NCBI RefSeq assembly: GCF_044704955.1
Contig: NC_091979.1
Coordinates: 151,218,001 to 151,282,000 of the forward strand
Source of the DNA: Pristiophorus japonicus
Taxonomy: Eukaryota
DNA: 64,000 bases
Direction: 5' to 3'
The notes under the pieces were generated by a model, which saw only the letters and a program-made list of their open reading frames with translations, was not told where the DNA came from and ran no database searches. Shown here piece after piece: positions 37,431-50,116 of this stretch. The first letter of the stretch is position 1; each line of letters starts with the position of its first letter. Both the position numbers and the translations under genes were made by a program.

Positions 37431-37854
37431 TAGCCACAGCGGTCTTCAACAGAACAAGTCATTCCTTACAGTAATTGTTAATGAGTCACCCTAAACTGAA
37501 ATCAGGAAATTTGTCATGAGGCTGATGTACATGAACAGAAATTTGTGGGTTATGAGAGTAATAATGATCCTTTTCTCAGGAAGTGTACAGAAACACCACC
37601 CAAGTATCTAAACCAACTGTAATGTTTTTGGACCCGTGACCATCATATCCCCAGCAACTTAACTTCATAGACATAGAAAGGACATCAACAGCAGTTAATT
37701 CTGCAGGGTGCCCATGAACCAGTCAGCATATGTAGATTTATTACTAAATGTCCCACAAGCAACACAAATTTCCAGATCTGCTAAATTCTGTAGTTTTGTC
37801 TGGGAATTTTATGCAACAATTCTGTATATAGCTGTCCTAAGAACTCAAGTAAAG

Positions 37855-38120
37855 AACATGTATTTATATAGCACTATTTCATGTCCTCAGGATGCCCCAA
37901 GGTGATTTCCACTAAATGGAATTACTTTTGAAGTACAGTCACTGTTATGTAAGCAAACATGGCAGCCAATTTCCTTACAGCAAAATCCCACAATAGTAAA
38001 TGAGGGATATTTCACATCTGCCCAAGCATGGTTCAACACCCAAAAGACAGCACTCCCTCAGTAATGCATGAAAATGTCAGCCTAGATTAAGTGGACTTGT
38101 GGGATTTGAACCCACAGGCA
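37855..38120 (-). mobile_element. Degenerate SINE of the same type
   Basis: TGTATTTATATAGCAC tail, CAAAAGACAGCACTCCCTCAGTA and TTGAACCCACA segments match the neighbouring SINE. Confidence 0.55.
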
Positions 38121-38549
38121 ATGAATAAAGGTAGCATGCAGCTGAATCATACAAAAGCTCCCAGGTTCAATTCTTACTTTCTGGTCTCAATTGGGGTGGC
38201 AGTAGGGGGTACTACAATTAGCGAGGGGAAACCAGACATGTTCCTCTCGGATAGCAAATCAGATAGAAAGAGATGTGACACGCCACTGAACCCACTAACT
38301 AGCAAGCTACTTTGTTTTTCAGATCGTCAATGTTGAACAGAAAGACCCTCCTGGGATTTTCCACTCTGGTACAAACCCCAGATTATTTATCTTAAAACTA
38401 CCATAATTAATGATTATATATGCTCTTTTAGCAATATGAGATGTGCAATATTACTTTTTCCTTGTTTAAAGATAAAATACTCAGTTATCATCAAGTGGCC
38501 TGAATTCTTACCATAAACTGAGACTCATCTTAACTGGTGAATATAAGTT

Positions 38550-39270
38550 CATCATTATCATAGGCAGTCCCTCGGAATCGAGGAGGACTTGCTTCCACTC
38601 TTAACATGAGTTCTTTGGTGTCTGTACAATCCAATACGAGAACCACAGTCTCTGTCACAGGTGGGACAGATAGTCGTTGGGGGAAGGGGTGGGTGGGACA
38701 GATTTGCCGCACTCTCTTTCTGCTGCCTGTGCTTGATTTCTGCATGCTCTTGACGACGAGACTTGAGGTGCTCCGCGTCCTCCTGGATGCACTTCCTCCA
38801 CTTAGGGCGGTCTTTGGCCAGGGATTCCCAGGTGTCAGTGGGGATGTTGCACTTTATCAGGGAGGCTTTGAGGGTGTCCTTGTAACGTTTCCGCTGCCCA
38901 CCTTTGGCTCGTTTGCCATGAATGAGTTCCGAGTAGAGTGCTTGCTTTGGGAGTCTCATGTCTGGCATGCGAACTACGTGGCCTGCCCAGCGGAGCTGAT
39001 CAAGTGTGGTCAGTGCTTCAATGCTGGGGATGTTGGCCTGGTTGAGGACACTAACGTTGGTGTGTCTGTCCTCCCAGGAAAGTTGTAGGATCTTGCGGAG
39101 ACATCGTTGGTGGTATTTCTCCAATGACTTGAGGTGTCTACTGTACATGGTCCATGTTTCTGAGACATGCAGGAGGGCGGGTATTATTACAGCCCTGTAG
39201 ACCATGAGCTTGGTGGCAGTTTTGAGGGCCTGATCTTCGAACACTCTCTTCCTCAGGCGGCCAAAGGCCG
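38550..39270 (-). mobile_element. RTE LINE 3' fragment
   Basis: AFGRLRKRVF...LRWAGHVVRMPD.RLPK...CPTCDRDC..RIGL..H zinc finger; GAT-repeat tail. Confidence 0.95.
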
Positions 39271-39312
39271 AATTTACAGGCAATACCATTCTTGGCTGAG
39301 TCATTTAACTGC

Positions 39313-41459
39313 TAGCCTCAAGCAACAGCCCAACTCGGGAGCTGCAAAACAACATTACAGACGGCTCAAGGCTCTCATCCAACAAAAAACTCGGGACCTA
39401 AAGAACAGGTGGTGGATTGAGAAAGCACAGGAGATACAACAACTAGCCGACAGCCACGATATGTGAGGATTTTTCACTGCAGTCAAGGCCACCTACGTCC
39501 AAACTCCTGGCCAAGAACGGGGAAACACTCATCAAGGACACCGAGGTTGTCAGGGCCCAATGGAAGGAGCACTTTGAAGGTCTCCTCAATCAAGACGCTG
39601 CCTTTGACTCGTGTTCTCGATTCCATCCCGCAGCATGCCACCCGGCACCAACTCAGTGAAACTCCAACGTTGCATGAGGTTGGCAAAGCCATAAAACAGC
39701 TTAAGAATAACAAGGCTACAGGTGCGGATGGAATCCCTGCTGAGGCGCTAAAATATGGTGGAGAGGTGCTGTTGGCACGGATACATGACCTCATCTCTCT
39801 CATCTGGAGGGAGGAGAGCATGCTGGGAGATCTTAGAGATGCAGTGATTGTGACCATTTTTAAAAAGGAGGACAAATCCGACTGCAGCAACTACAGGGGA
39901 ATCTCCCTGCTTTCAGCCACTGGGAAAGTTGTCGCTCGAGTTCTCCCCAATCGTCTTCTCCCTGTGGCCGAGGAGCTCCTCCTGGAATCACAATGCAGAT
40001 TTTGTCCCCTACGGGGCACAAAAGACATGATCTTTGCAGCGCGCCAGTTGCAGGAAAAATGCAGGGAGCAGCGCCAGCCCTTATACATGGCCTTTTTTGA
40101 TCTTACAAAGGCCTTTGACACTGTCAACCGTGAGGGTCTATGGAGCGTCGTCCTCTGTTTCGGATGTCCCCAAAAGTTTGTCAACATCCTTCGCCTCCTT
40201 CACGATGACATGCAGGCTGTGATCCTTACCAACGGATCCATTACAGACCCAATCCACGTCCGGACCAGGGTCAAACAGGGCTGCGTTATCACTCCAACCC
40301 TCTTCTCAATCTTCCTCCCTGCCATGCTCCACCTCACAATCAACAAGCTCCCTGCTGGAGTGGAATTAAACTACAGAATCAGTGGGAAGCTGTTTAACCT
40401 ACACCGCCTCCAGGCCAGGTCCAAGATCACCCCAACCTCTGTCATTGAGCTGCAGTATGTGGACAACGCCTGCGTCTGTGCACATTCAGAGGCTGAACTC
40501 CAGGATATAGTCAATGTATTCACTGAGGCATATGAAAGCATGGGCCTTACGCTTAACATCCGTAAGACAAAGGTCCTTCACCAGCCTGTCATCGCCGCAC
40601 AGCACTGCCCTCCAATCATCAAGATCCACGGCACGGCCCTGGACAACGTGGACCATTTCTCATATCTCAGGAGCCTCTTATCAACAAAGGCAGACATTGA
40701 TGCGGAGATTCAGCATCGCCTCCAGTGCGCCAGCGCAGCCTTCGGCCGCCTGCGGAAAGAGTGTTTGAAGACCAGGCCCTCAAATCTACCACCAACCTCA
40801 TGGTCTACAGGGCTGTAGTAATACCTGCTCTCCTGTATGGGTCTGAGGCATGGACGATGTACAGAAGGCACCTCAAGTCGCTGGAGATATATCGCCAACG
40901 ATGTCTCCGCAAGATCCTGCAAATCTCCTGGGAGGACAGGCGCACCAACATCAGTGTTCTCGACCAGGCTAACATCCCCAGTATTGAAGCACTGACCACA
41001 CTCCATCAGCTTTGCTGGGTAGGCCACATAGTATGCATGCCAGATACGAGACTCCCTAAGCAAATGCTTTATGCGGAGCTCCTTCATGGTAAACGAGCCA
41101 AAGGAGGACAGCGGAAACATTATAAGGACACCCTCAAAGCCTCCCTGGTAAAGTGTGGCATCACCACTGATATCTGGGAGACCCTGGCCGCAGACCACCC
41201 GAGATGGAGAAAGTGCATCCGGGAGGGCGTTGACCTCTTTGAGGCTCGTCGCAAGGAGCATGAGGAGGCCAGGCGCAGGCAGTGGAAGGAGCGCGCGGCA
41301 AACTAGCCCTACCGACCCCTTCCCCCGATGAATGTCTGTCCCACCTGTAACAGGGTCTGTGGCTCTTATATCGGACTGTTCAGCCATCAAAGAACTCTCT
41401 TTGGGAGTGGAAGCAAGTCCTCCTCGATTCCAAGGAACTGCCTATGATGATGATGATGA
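39313..41459 (+). mobile_element. 5'-truncated RTE LINE (RT and C-terminus)
   Basis: NYRGISLLS, FFDLTKAFDTV, VKQGCVITPTLF, LQYVDN; (GAT)n tail at 41446-41459. Confidence 0.95.
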
Positions 41460-43174
41460 GGCTTTATTGCAAGATAATTCAGAAGATCAACTAAAACCTA
41501 ATTTGCTGAATGTTCACTTGTCTAATTTCTAAATAATGGAAAGCTGCTTTGTAAAGTTCCTTCTTCAGTATCATATATTTGACAATTTATACTGTCTTAA
41601 AACTACACTGAGATTGTCAGTGAATTTATATCAGAACTGCAATATAACAGCCTGGGCACAAACTCCAAAAGCTCATTGTTGCTGGCAGGAGTATAACTGC
41701 TACTGGTGTGAAGCCGACTTATTACTCACTTTTTTTCCACAGCCTTTTACAAAGCTGTGGCATTACAACATGCTGCCTTTTAATTTCTACTGCCTGAATA
41801 TATAGAAACTGACAGCAGCCAGTAAGGACTAATCTGCATGCACATTTGCGTGCATATGCTTGGAACTCCATTAGTCCCCACTCCACAGCAACATGAGTGA
41901 TCAGAGTGGAATCTCCTCATGTCACTTCACTACGGCTATTGGTACTAAGCTCGTAAGTGTAGCATAATAACAGCAAAATAACAGGATTGGTTTCACATTA
42001 CCAGACAGTATGAGATCATGATTTCAAAACAGCCTTGCGTTCAACATCTAGCTTCCTAAACAGTAAAGCAGAACTAAAGCCTGAACCTTGAATCAAATGA
42101 GAAAGTTAGCTCACAGTAACTCCACTTATATCATACAATAAAGTATAGTATACAGTGGAATTAACATTTATTTAAACAACTTCACTAAACATGACAAAAC
42201 TTTAATGAAAAAAAACCATTACATACACCAGAATGAAATAATACTAAAATCTATGCAAGCTTTTGTCTGCTATTCTGGTACAGGAGGTAGTGGTAATGTC
42301 GCCAGCATTTAAAGTGAGAAATAATTTATTCAGATGAGGGTCATCTGCTCCTTGCACTCAACATTTTATTTTAGTGGTCTTTGTAGCAATTCTTTGTCTA
42401 TTATACATAGAAGATTGTAACTATAAAATTAGAAAATGCATCTGACAGAGAAAGGTTACAGGAGTTAAGATTGTACAGCTATATCAGCCAGATACAAGTG
42501 TTCCTTGATTTTCCCATAATTATGGGAGGTGATATTTAAGCCAGCTAGTTTAAATACAGCTACCAGAACACGAGGAATTTACCCAGAAGCAGTGGATCCA
42601 GGATCGAGCCTTTATAAATGTAACTTTATAAATCAGCAGTCAGTGCTGAATTACTGAGACATTACTCAAGTAACTTAGTAACATGTTGTCAATTAACCCT
42701 ATCTACTATTTGCAAACTCATTGCCACCTATGATTGTAAAGATAATAAACAATTGTTTAGTTTCTTCTTCAGTAATTGGCCAGGATAATTCGCTCAGTAG
42801 CTGTGCAGATTCAGATGGGAGGTTGGTAGAGTAAATGTTAATATAATCCCAACTGCTTGATGCACGACAGTACAGCGAGCCAAATTTAAGCATCATTAAC
42901 TCCTGAACATAAACTGGGTAGTAAACCCCAGTTCATTCCTTGACAAGGCAGAAAGGTAAAGGCACAAGGATTCATCTGGTGCCTTTGATGAATGTTCTAG
43001 TCAGGGATTTGATCTTGGCGTTCACTCTTTCAGCAATATCCTGTCAGTTCCTTTATGTATGCAGGCAACACATCAACTGCCTGTCAAGTCCTGGATATGT
43101 CAAAATTTCCTTCAGTTCAACATTTTTGAAACACTTTTGTGCCTCTGATTTTGACTCCCATGATTGTTGCCAAA

Positions 43175-46100
43175 TTAAATTAATTCAAGGGTTAAGTCAT
43201 GGCAGGAGAGCCCAGACGCATTTCATGCTCCTCCTGTGCTATGTGGGAACTCAGGAACGCTTCCAGTGTCCCTAACTATGTGTGCAGGGAGTATATCCAG
43301 TTGTAGGCTCCTGACAGACCGCATTGCGGCACTGGAGCTGCACATGGATTCACTCGGGAGCATCCACAATGCTGAGGATGTCGTGAATAGCACATTTAGC
43401 GAGCTTGTCACACCGCAGGTAAAGGTTACTCAGGCAGATAGGGAATGGGTGACCATCAGGCAGAGCAGTGGAAGGAAGGTAGTACAGGGGGTCCCCTGCG
43501 GTCATCTCCCTCCAAAACAAATACTGTCTTGGGTACTGTTGGGGGAAGATGACTCATCAGGGGAAGGCAGTAGCCAAGTTCATGGCACCATGGGTGGCTC
43601 TTCTGCAGAGGAGGGCAAGAAAAAGAGTTGGAGAGCTATAGTGGTAGGGGATTATATTGTAAGGGGGATAGGCATTTCTGCAGCTGCAATCGAGACTCCA
43701 GGATGGTATGTTGCATCTCTGGTGCAAGGGTCAAGGATGTCTCAGAGCGGCTGTAGAGCATTTTGGAGGAGGATGGTGAACAGCCAGTTGTCGTGGTGCA
43801 TATAGGTGAAAAAAACTGGACGAGGTCCTACAAACTGAATTTAGGGAGCTAGGAGTTAAATTAAAAAGTAGGACCTCAAAAGATAGCAAAGAGCCACGTG
43901 CTAGTCAGAGGAGAAATAGCAGGATAGTTAAGATGAATATGTGGCTTGAGGAATGGTGCAAGAGGGCGGGATTCAAATTCCTGGGAGATTGGAACCGGTT
44001 CTGGGGGAGGTGGGACCAGTACAAACCGGACAGTCTGCACTTGGGCAGGACCGGAACCAATGTCCTAGGGGGAAGTGTTTGCTAGTAGTGTTGGGGAGGG
44101 TTTAAACTAATATGGCAGGCGGATGGGAATCGATACAGGCAGATGAAGTAAAATGGGGGCAGAAGTAAAAGGTAGAAAGGAGATAGGCAGAAAATCAAAG
44201 GCAAAAGTCAAAAAGGGCCACTTTACAACATAATTCTAAAAGGACAAAGTGTTAAAAAAACCTGAAGACTGTGTGTCTCAATGCGAGGAGCATTCGTAAT
44301 AAGGTAGATGAATTAACTGTGCAGATAGCCGTTAACGGATATGATGTAATTGGGATTACGGAGACATGGCTCCAGGGTGACCAAGGCTGGGAACTCAACA
44401 TCCAAGGGTATTCAATATTCAGGAAGGATAGACGGAAGGGAAAAGGAGGTCGGGTAGTGTTGCTGGTGAAAGAGATTAACACAATAGTAAGGAAGGACAT
44501 TAGCTTGAATGATGTTGAATCTGTATGGGTAGAGCTGCAGAACACCAAAGGGCAGAAAACGCTAGTGGGAGCTGTGCACAGACCACCAAACAGTGATGCC
44601 GTCCCCAATCTCACGACCAAACAGGAAATTAGGGATGCGTGCAATAAAGGTACAGAAGTTATCACGGATGACTTTAACCTACATATAGATTGGGCTAACC
44701 AAACTGGTAGCAATACGGTGGAGGAGGATTTCCTGGAATGTATAAGGGATGGTTTTCTAGACCAACATGTCGAGGAACCAACTAGAGAGCAGGCCATCCT
44801 AGACTGGGTGTTGTGTAATGAGAGGGGATTAATTGGCAATCTTGCTGTGCGAGGCCCCTTGGGGAAGAGTGACCATAATAAGGTTGAATTCTTTATTAAG
44901 ATGGAGAGTGAGTGACACAGTTAATTCAAGAGACTAGGGTCCTAAACTTAAAGAATGGTAACTTCGATGGTATGAGATGTGAATTGGCTAGGATAGATTG
45001 GCGAATTGATACTTAAAGGGTTGACGGTGGATAGGCAATGGCAAACATTTTAAGATCATATGGATGAACTTCAACAATTGTGCATCCCTGTCTGGTGCAA
45101 GAATAAAACAGGGAAGGTGGCTCAACTGTGGCTAACAAGGGAAATTAAGGATAGTGTTAAATCAAAGGAAGAGGCATATAAATTGGCCAGAAAAAGCAGC
45201 AAACCTGAGGACTGGGAGAAATTTAGAATTCAGCAGAGAACAAAGGGTTTAATTCGAAGGGGGAAAATAGGTATGAGAGGAAGCTTGCCGGGAACATAAC
45301 TGACTGCAAAAGTTTCTATAGATATGTGAAGAGAAAAAGATTAGTGAAGACAAACATAGGTCCCTTGCAGTCAGATTAAGGTGAATTTATAATGGAGAAC
45401 AAAGATATGGCAGACCAGTTGAACAAATACATTGCGTCTTCCTTAGTGAAGACAGAACCAAACAACCTTCTGGAAGTACTAGGGGACCGAGAGTCTAGTG
45501 AGAAGGAGGAACTGAAGGATATCCTTATTTGGTGGGAACTTGTGTTAGGGAAATTGATGGGATAAATCCCTGGGGCCTGATTGGGATGCATCCCAGAGTA
45601 CTTAAGGAAGTGACCCTAGAAATAGTGGATGCATTGGCGATCATTTTCCAACAGTCAATCGACTCTGGATCAGTTCCTTTGGACTAAAGGGTAGCTAATG
45701 TAACACCACTTTTTTTAAAAAGAGAAAAAATTGGTATAGACCAGTTAGCCTGACATCAGTAGTGGGGAAAATCTTGGAATCAATCATTAAGGATGAAATA
45801 GCAGCACATTTAGAAAGCAGTGACAGGATCGGTCCAAGTCAGCATGGATTTATGAAAGGGAAATCATGCTTGACAAATCTTCGAGTTTTTTGGGGATATA
45901 ACTAGTCGAGTGGATAAGGGAGAACCAGTGGATGTGGTGTAGTTGGACTTTCAAAAAGGCTTTTGACATGGTCCCACACGAGATTGGTGTGCAAAATGAA
46001 AGCACAGGGTATTGGGGGTAATGTATTGAAGTGGATGGAGAACTGGTTGGCAGACAGGAAGCAGAGAATCGGGATAAACGAGTCCTTTTCAGAATGGCAG

Positions 46101-47127
46101 GCAGTGACTAGTGGGGTGTTGCAGTGCTCAGTGCTGGGACCCCAGCTATTTACAATGTACATTAATGATTTAGATGAAGGAATTGAGTGTAATATCTCCA
46201 AGTTTGCAGATAACACTAAACTGGGTGGCGGTGTGAGCTGTGAGTAGGACGCTAAGAGGCTGCAGGGTGACTTGGACAGGTTAGGTGAGTGGGAAATGCA
46301 TGGCAGATGCAGTATAATGTGAATAAATGTGAGGTTATTCACTTTGGGGGCAAAAACCACAAAGGCAGAATATTCTCTGAATGGTGGCAGATTAGGAAAA
46401 GAGGAAGTGCAACGAGACCTGTGTGTGATGGTACATCAGTCATTGAAAATTGGCATGCAGGTGCAGCAGGCGGTGAAGGCGCAATTGGTAAGTTGGCCTT
46501 CATAGCTAGGGGCTTTGAGTATAGGAGCAGGGAGATCTTACTGCAGTTGTACAGGGACTTGGTGAGGCCTCACCTGGAATATTGTGTTCAGTTTTGGTCT
46601 CCTAATCTGAGGAAGGACGTTCTTGCTATTGAGGGAGTGCAGCAAAGGTTCACCAGGCTGATTCCCGGGATGGCTGGACTGACATGAGGAGAGACTGGAG
46701 CGACTGGGCCTTTATTCACTGGAGTTTAGAAGGATGAGAGGGGATCGCATAGAAACATAAAATTCTGACGGGACTGAACAGGTTAGATGCAGGAAGAATG
46801 CTCCCGATGTTGGGGAAGTCCAGAACCAGGGGACACAGTCTAAGGATAAGGGGCAAGCCATTTAGGACTGAAATAAGGAGAAACTTCTTCACTCAGGAAG
46901 TTGTTAACCTGTGGAATTCCCTACCGCAGAGAGTTGTTGATGCCAGTTCGTTGGATATATTCAAGAGGGAGTTTGATGTGGTCCTTACGGCTAAAGGGAT
47001 CAAGGGGTATGGAGAGAAAGCAGGAAAGGGGTACTGAGGTGATGATCAGCCATGATCTTATTAAATGGTGGTGCAGGCTCAAAGTGCCGAATGACATAAT
47101 GCTGCACCTATTTTCTATGTTTCGATG
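43175..47127 (+). mobile_element. Near full-length CR1 LINE (ORF1 zinc finger plus SGNH esterase; ORF2 endonuclease-RT), decayed
   Basis: ORF1 begins MAGEPRRISCSSCAMW and contains AIVVGD.IVRG; endonuclease CLNARSIRNK, GITETW, SDH; RT FADNTK; tail TTTTCTATGTTTCGATG. Confidence 0.95.
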
Positions 47128-48096
47128 CAGAAGTGGTATAAAATGCACCCAAATGCTTTTTTGTCTCCTCCTACCAAGAAATAGGCAATGGTTTTGCTTT
47201 TTTTTTTAAAATAAAAAGGCAGGCAGGACTCTGGACATTGCTGTGCAAAACTATCTAAAATTTTGATTCAAGTCTTTTTTCTGAAAAAATCCATAAACAT
47301 GTTACATAAACTACAAAGATGTTTGCTTGAGAGCTTAAATGTAAATAAACTGACAAATGCTTCCTGAGAAATTAAATTTATTACATTTTGCAACATGTCA
47401 TAATAAAATAATAGAAATGTTTCCAAGCATGGAAAGCTATACTTCAACATCAGATTTAATTTTCAGATTACAAAACATTAGTGTGAACTTTACAAAATTA
47501 GATAAGTGACCTGCAATAGGTACTACAGCTTTAAATTTTCACAAAGGGGAAAAAAAAAATCTTCATTGGGTTAGAGGTTCCATGGCCAGTAGCCATAAAC
47601 CAAGAAACAGGGTTCTCCTCTGCCCAGGCATTCTACATTTGAAGAATGATTCAGGCTTCCTGGATGGCTATATTAAGTTTTGATTGAATATCTAAAAGCA
47701 TAAAACATGAATCTCCATGAAGCTATTAAAATCTCTCTACATATAAATGTATGCAAATATATTCCCAACTACCTTATATTCTCATTTGTGATAGACCGCT
47801 TCAAAATGTCTATTACCTCTTCAAAATTGAAATCTGTTGCCTTAGGTTTCTAAAATAAGGCAGCTGTCACGTACTTTGAAAAAAAAATACCAATGTGTAA
47901 AAAAATATTTGCTCCAATATTTTCATCTACCACATCTATTCCTTCAGTTTAATGTACAGAATCATCACATGCAATACACATCAGGAAAATAGTTACAATC
48001 CTTTACTTGAATTTCAAGATTTAGTTCTGAAATAGTGGAGAACAATGAATACCAATTGTTTGTACTAAATTCAGAGTATAAATAAATAGATATGGA

Positions 48097-48206
48097 GGCC
48101 AGGGTTTTCCACCTCTGCAATTGTCAGCCCATATTTTTTCTCCAATTCATTACAAGGGACAGAAAATCTTGAGTAGGTGAGCACAGAAGTAGAAAAACCT
48201 CAGCCA
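48097..48206. mobile_element. Short MITE-like inverted-repeat element
   Basis: GGCCAGGGTTTTCCACCTCTG pairs imperfectly with CAGAAGTAGAAAAACCTCAGCC. Confidence 0.5.
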
Positions 48207-49061
48207 GAATGTTACATGGAAGCAGTTAAGGACTTTGTTTTTTTGGAATTAATTTCTATTGAGGTTTATGCATATTTATAATAAGATCTGTAAGAATCAG
48301 ATATTTTGCCAGGCTAACAACCAACAATGAATCCTGGTACAACAAAAAGAAATGCATGTTTTTAAACAGTATGCAACACAAAGCAAGTTGCACCGCAGGG
48401 AATCCTTGTATTTTGCACTGAATTTTATTGTTTTGAATAACTTAATTTTCAACTTGCAAATACAATTGCAACACACCATTTAAACAAGTTTTGAATAACC
48501 TGCTTACAGACTGAACCACCATCAGGCACTCTCAGATAATCACAATATACTCAAACAAATTAATCTTTTTGTGGTGCTGCTGCAACTGTGAAAAATTTTG
48601 AATATTCATGTTACATAAAAATTATGAACTAGTCACCGACCCCAGTTACAGCTCTCCAGTATATGCAAGCTGCACAAGGAGATTCATACCTGGGTACTAA
48701 CTGAACCATTCAACATGCAATGAATCAAGTTGACATTTAAGAGATCACTTTCAAGTTGCTCCTCATTATCCCCAAGCATAATATATAAACCATAATTCTA
48801 GCCCATTTTATAAAAATGAGCCACTATTAAGATAAGTGCAAAAAAGCTGATGCGCCTGTCTCCATGTAACTTTAAAAAAAAAGTTTGAAAGTGCCAACAT
48901 GTCAGTGCTCCACTGAGAGCCGCTGCTTAAATTTACGAAGAAGGCATTTACACACCTATGTGTCACATACGACTGGATCACTTTTATGAAGTGATCAAGC
49001 CCAACATAAAGGGCAAGTTTTCCCAAAGTGCCTTTTATTTGTAACTAACTATACTCCAGTT

Positions 49062-49341
49062 TCAGAATACCAATTCCTCTGTAACCTCATGGCAACTTTT
49101 GTACGAATCATCAAATCGGAATCGTTTGGGAACAATGGTCGATTCTTCAGACATATTTTCTTTATCCAAATGTCTGCATATCCCAAATGTGAGGGATCGG
49201 ATGGGATTCTTGTCTTCTAGAGGCTTAATGCACTGCTCTCCTGACTGTGAAACACATGGCATAATTTCAGGGACAGGATCAATCAACTCTTCTGTTTGCA
49301 GCCAAGGATGAAAAAGACATGCTTCAGCATTTGATCGTTCC
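49062..49341 (-). CDS. STK17B: Serine/threonine kinase 17B (DRAK2), last coding exon
   Basis: Acceptor ttttatcttttgaag; encodes ERSNAEACLFHPWLQ...EESTIVPKRFRFDDSYKSCHEVTEELVF-stop. KRFRFDDS matches the DRAK2 C-terminus (DRAK1 has KRFKFEE). Phase fits the upstream exon. Confidence 0.9.
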
Positions 49342-50116
49342 CTTCAAAAGATAAAAGGAAAAAAGTTATAATTTGTTAAATAACTTAATATCTTTTTTCA
49401 GTATGAGGAAAGGATAGATGCATCTTGGGTTAGAATAATTGAAATTGTTTTTCAGTCATATGAAACCAAATTATATATCTGCCACAGTGACGTAGAACAG
49501 CTAAAAACCAATTCGTGGGCAGTCTAATAAATCAGCACTAAACTATATAAACAAACAACAACCCATTAATGCAATCTTTAAATTATATTAAACACTGAAT
49601 ACAAAAATCTTAAATGAGTCAAGATTGATGTGCAGAAGAATACCTAATCTAGTAGTTAGGGTATTTTTTTCTTCTTCAAATTGAAGTATTTGCTAAAAAC
49701 TGCAGGTCTGAGCCTAAATCAACAGAAAACAGCACAAAAGATGTTCCTTCAGCAAGTTTGAAGTCAATTACAATAGGATGCTGTCCATATGATTTTCCCT
49801 TCCTGTGTCATACAAAATCAATCACCCCAAGCCAAAACCATTGATTCATCTTCATGGACAAGTACCCAAATATGAAATGGACAGCCAAAAGAAAAAGGGA
49901 ACAATATTAAAGGATGATTAAATGGATGGACTGGTGGGAGAAATGTGGATGACTCCATAGAAGGTAGGTAATCTATATTCCTTTTTGTATCCTCCACATA
50001 CCATGGGAAGACAACCCAACAATGACCAAGATTGCACTCAGTTGAGGTCAGACAGAACAGATCTGATAAACTGGATTACGATCAACTTTTGGTGGCAACT
50101 CCAAATGACAATACTT

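Noticed and set aside
42699-43170. Possible host exon or L1/Tx1 remnant (LSWPITEEETKQ)
   Set aside because: Only a faint similarity, with stops nearby and no convincing splice sites or RT motifs.
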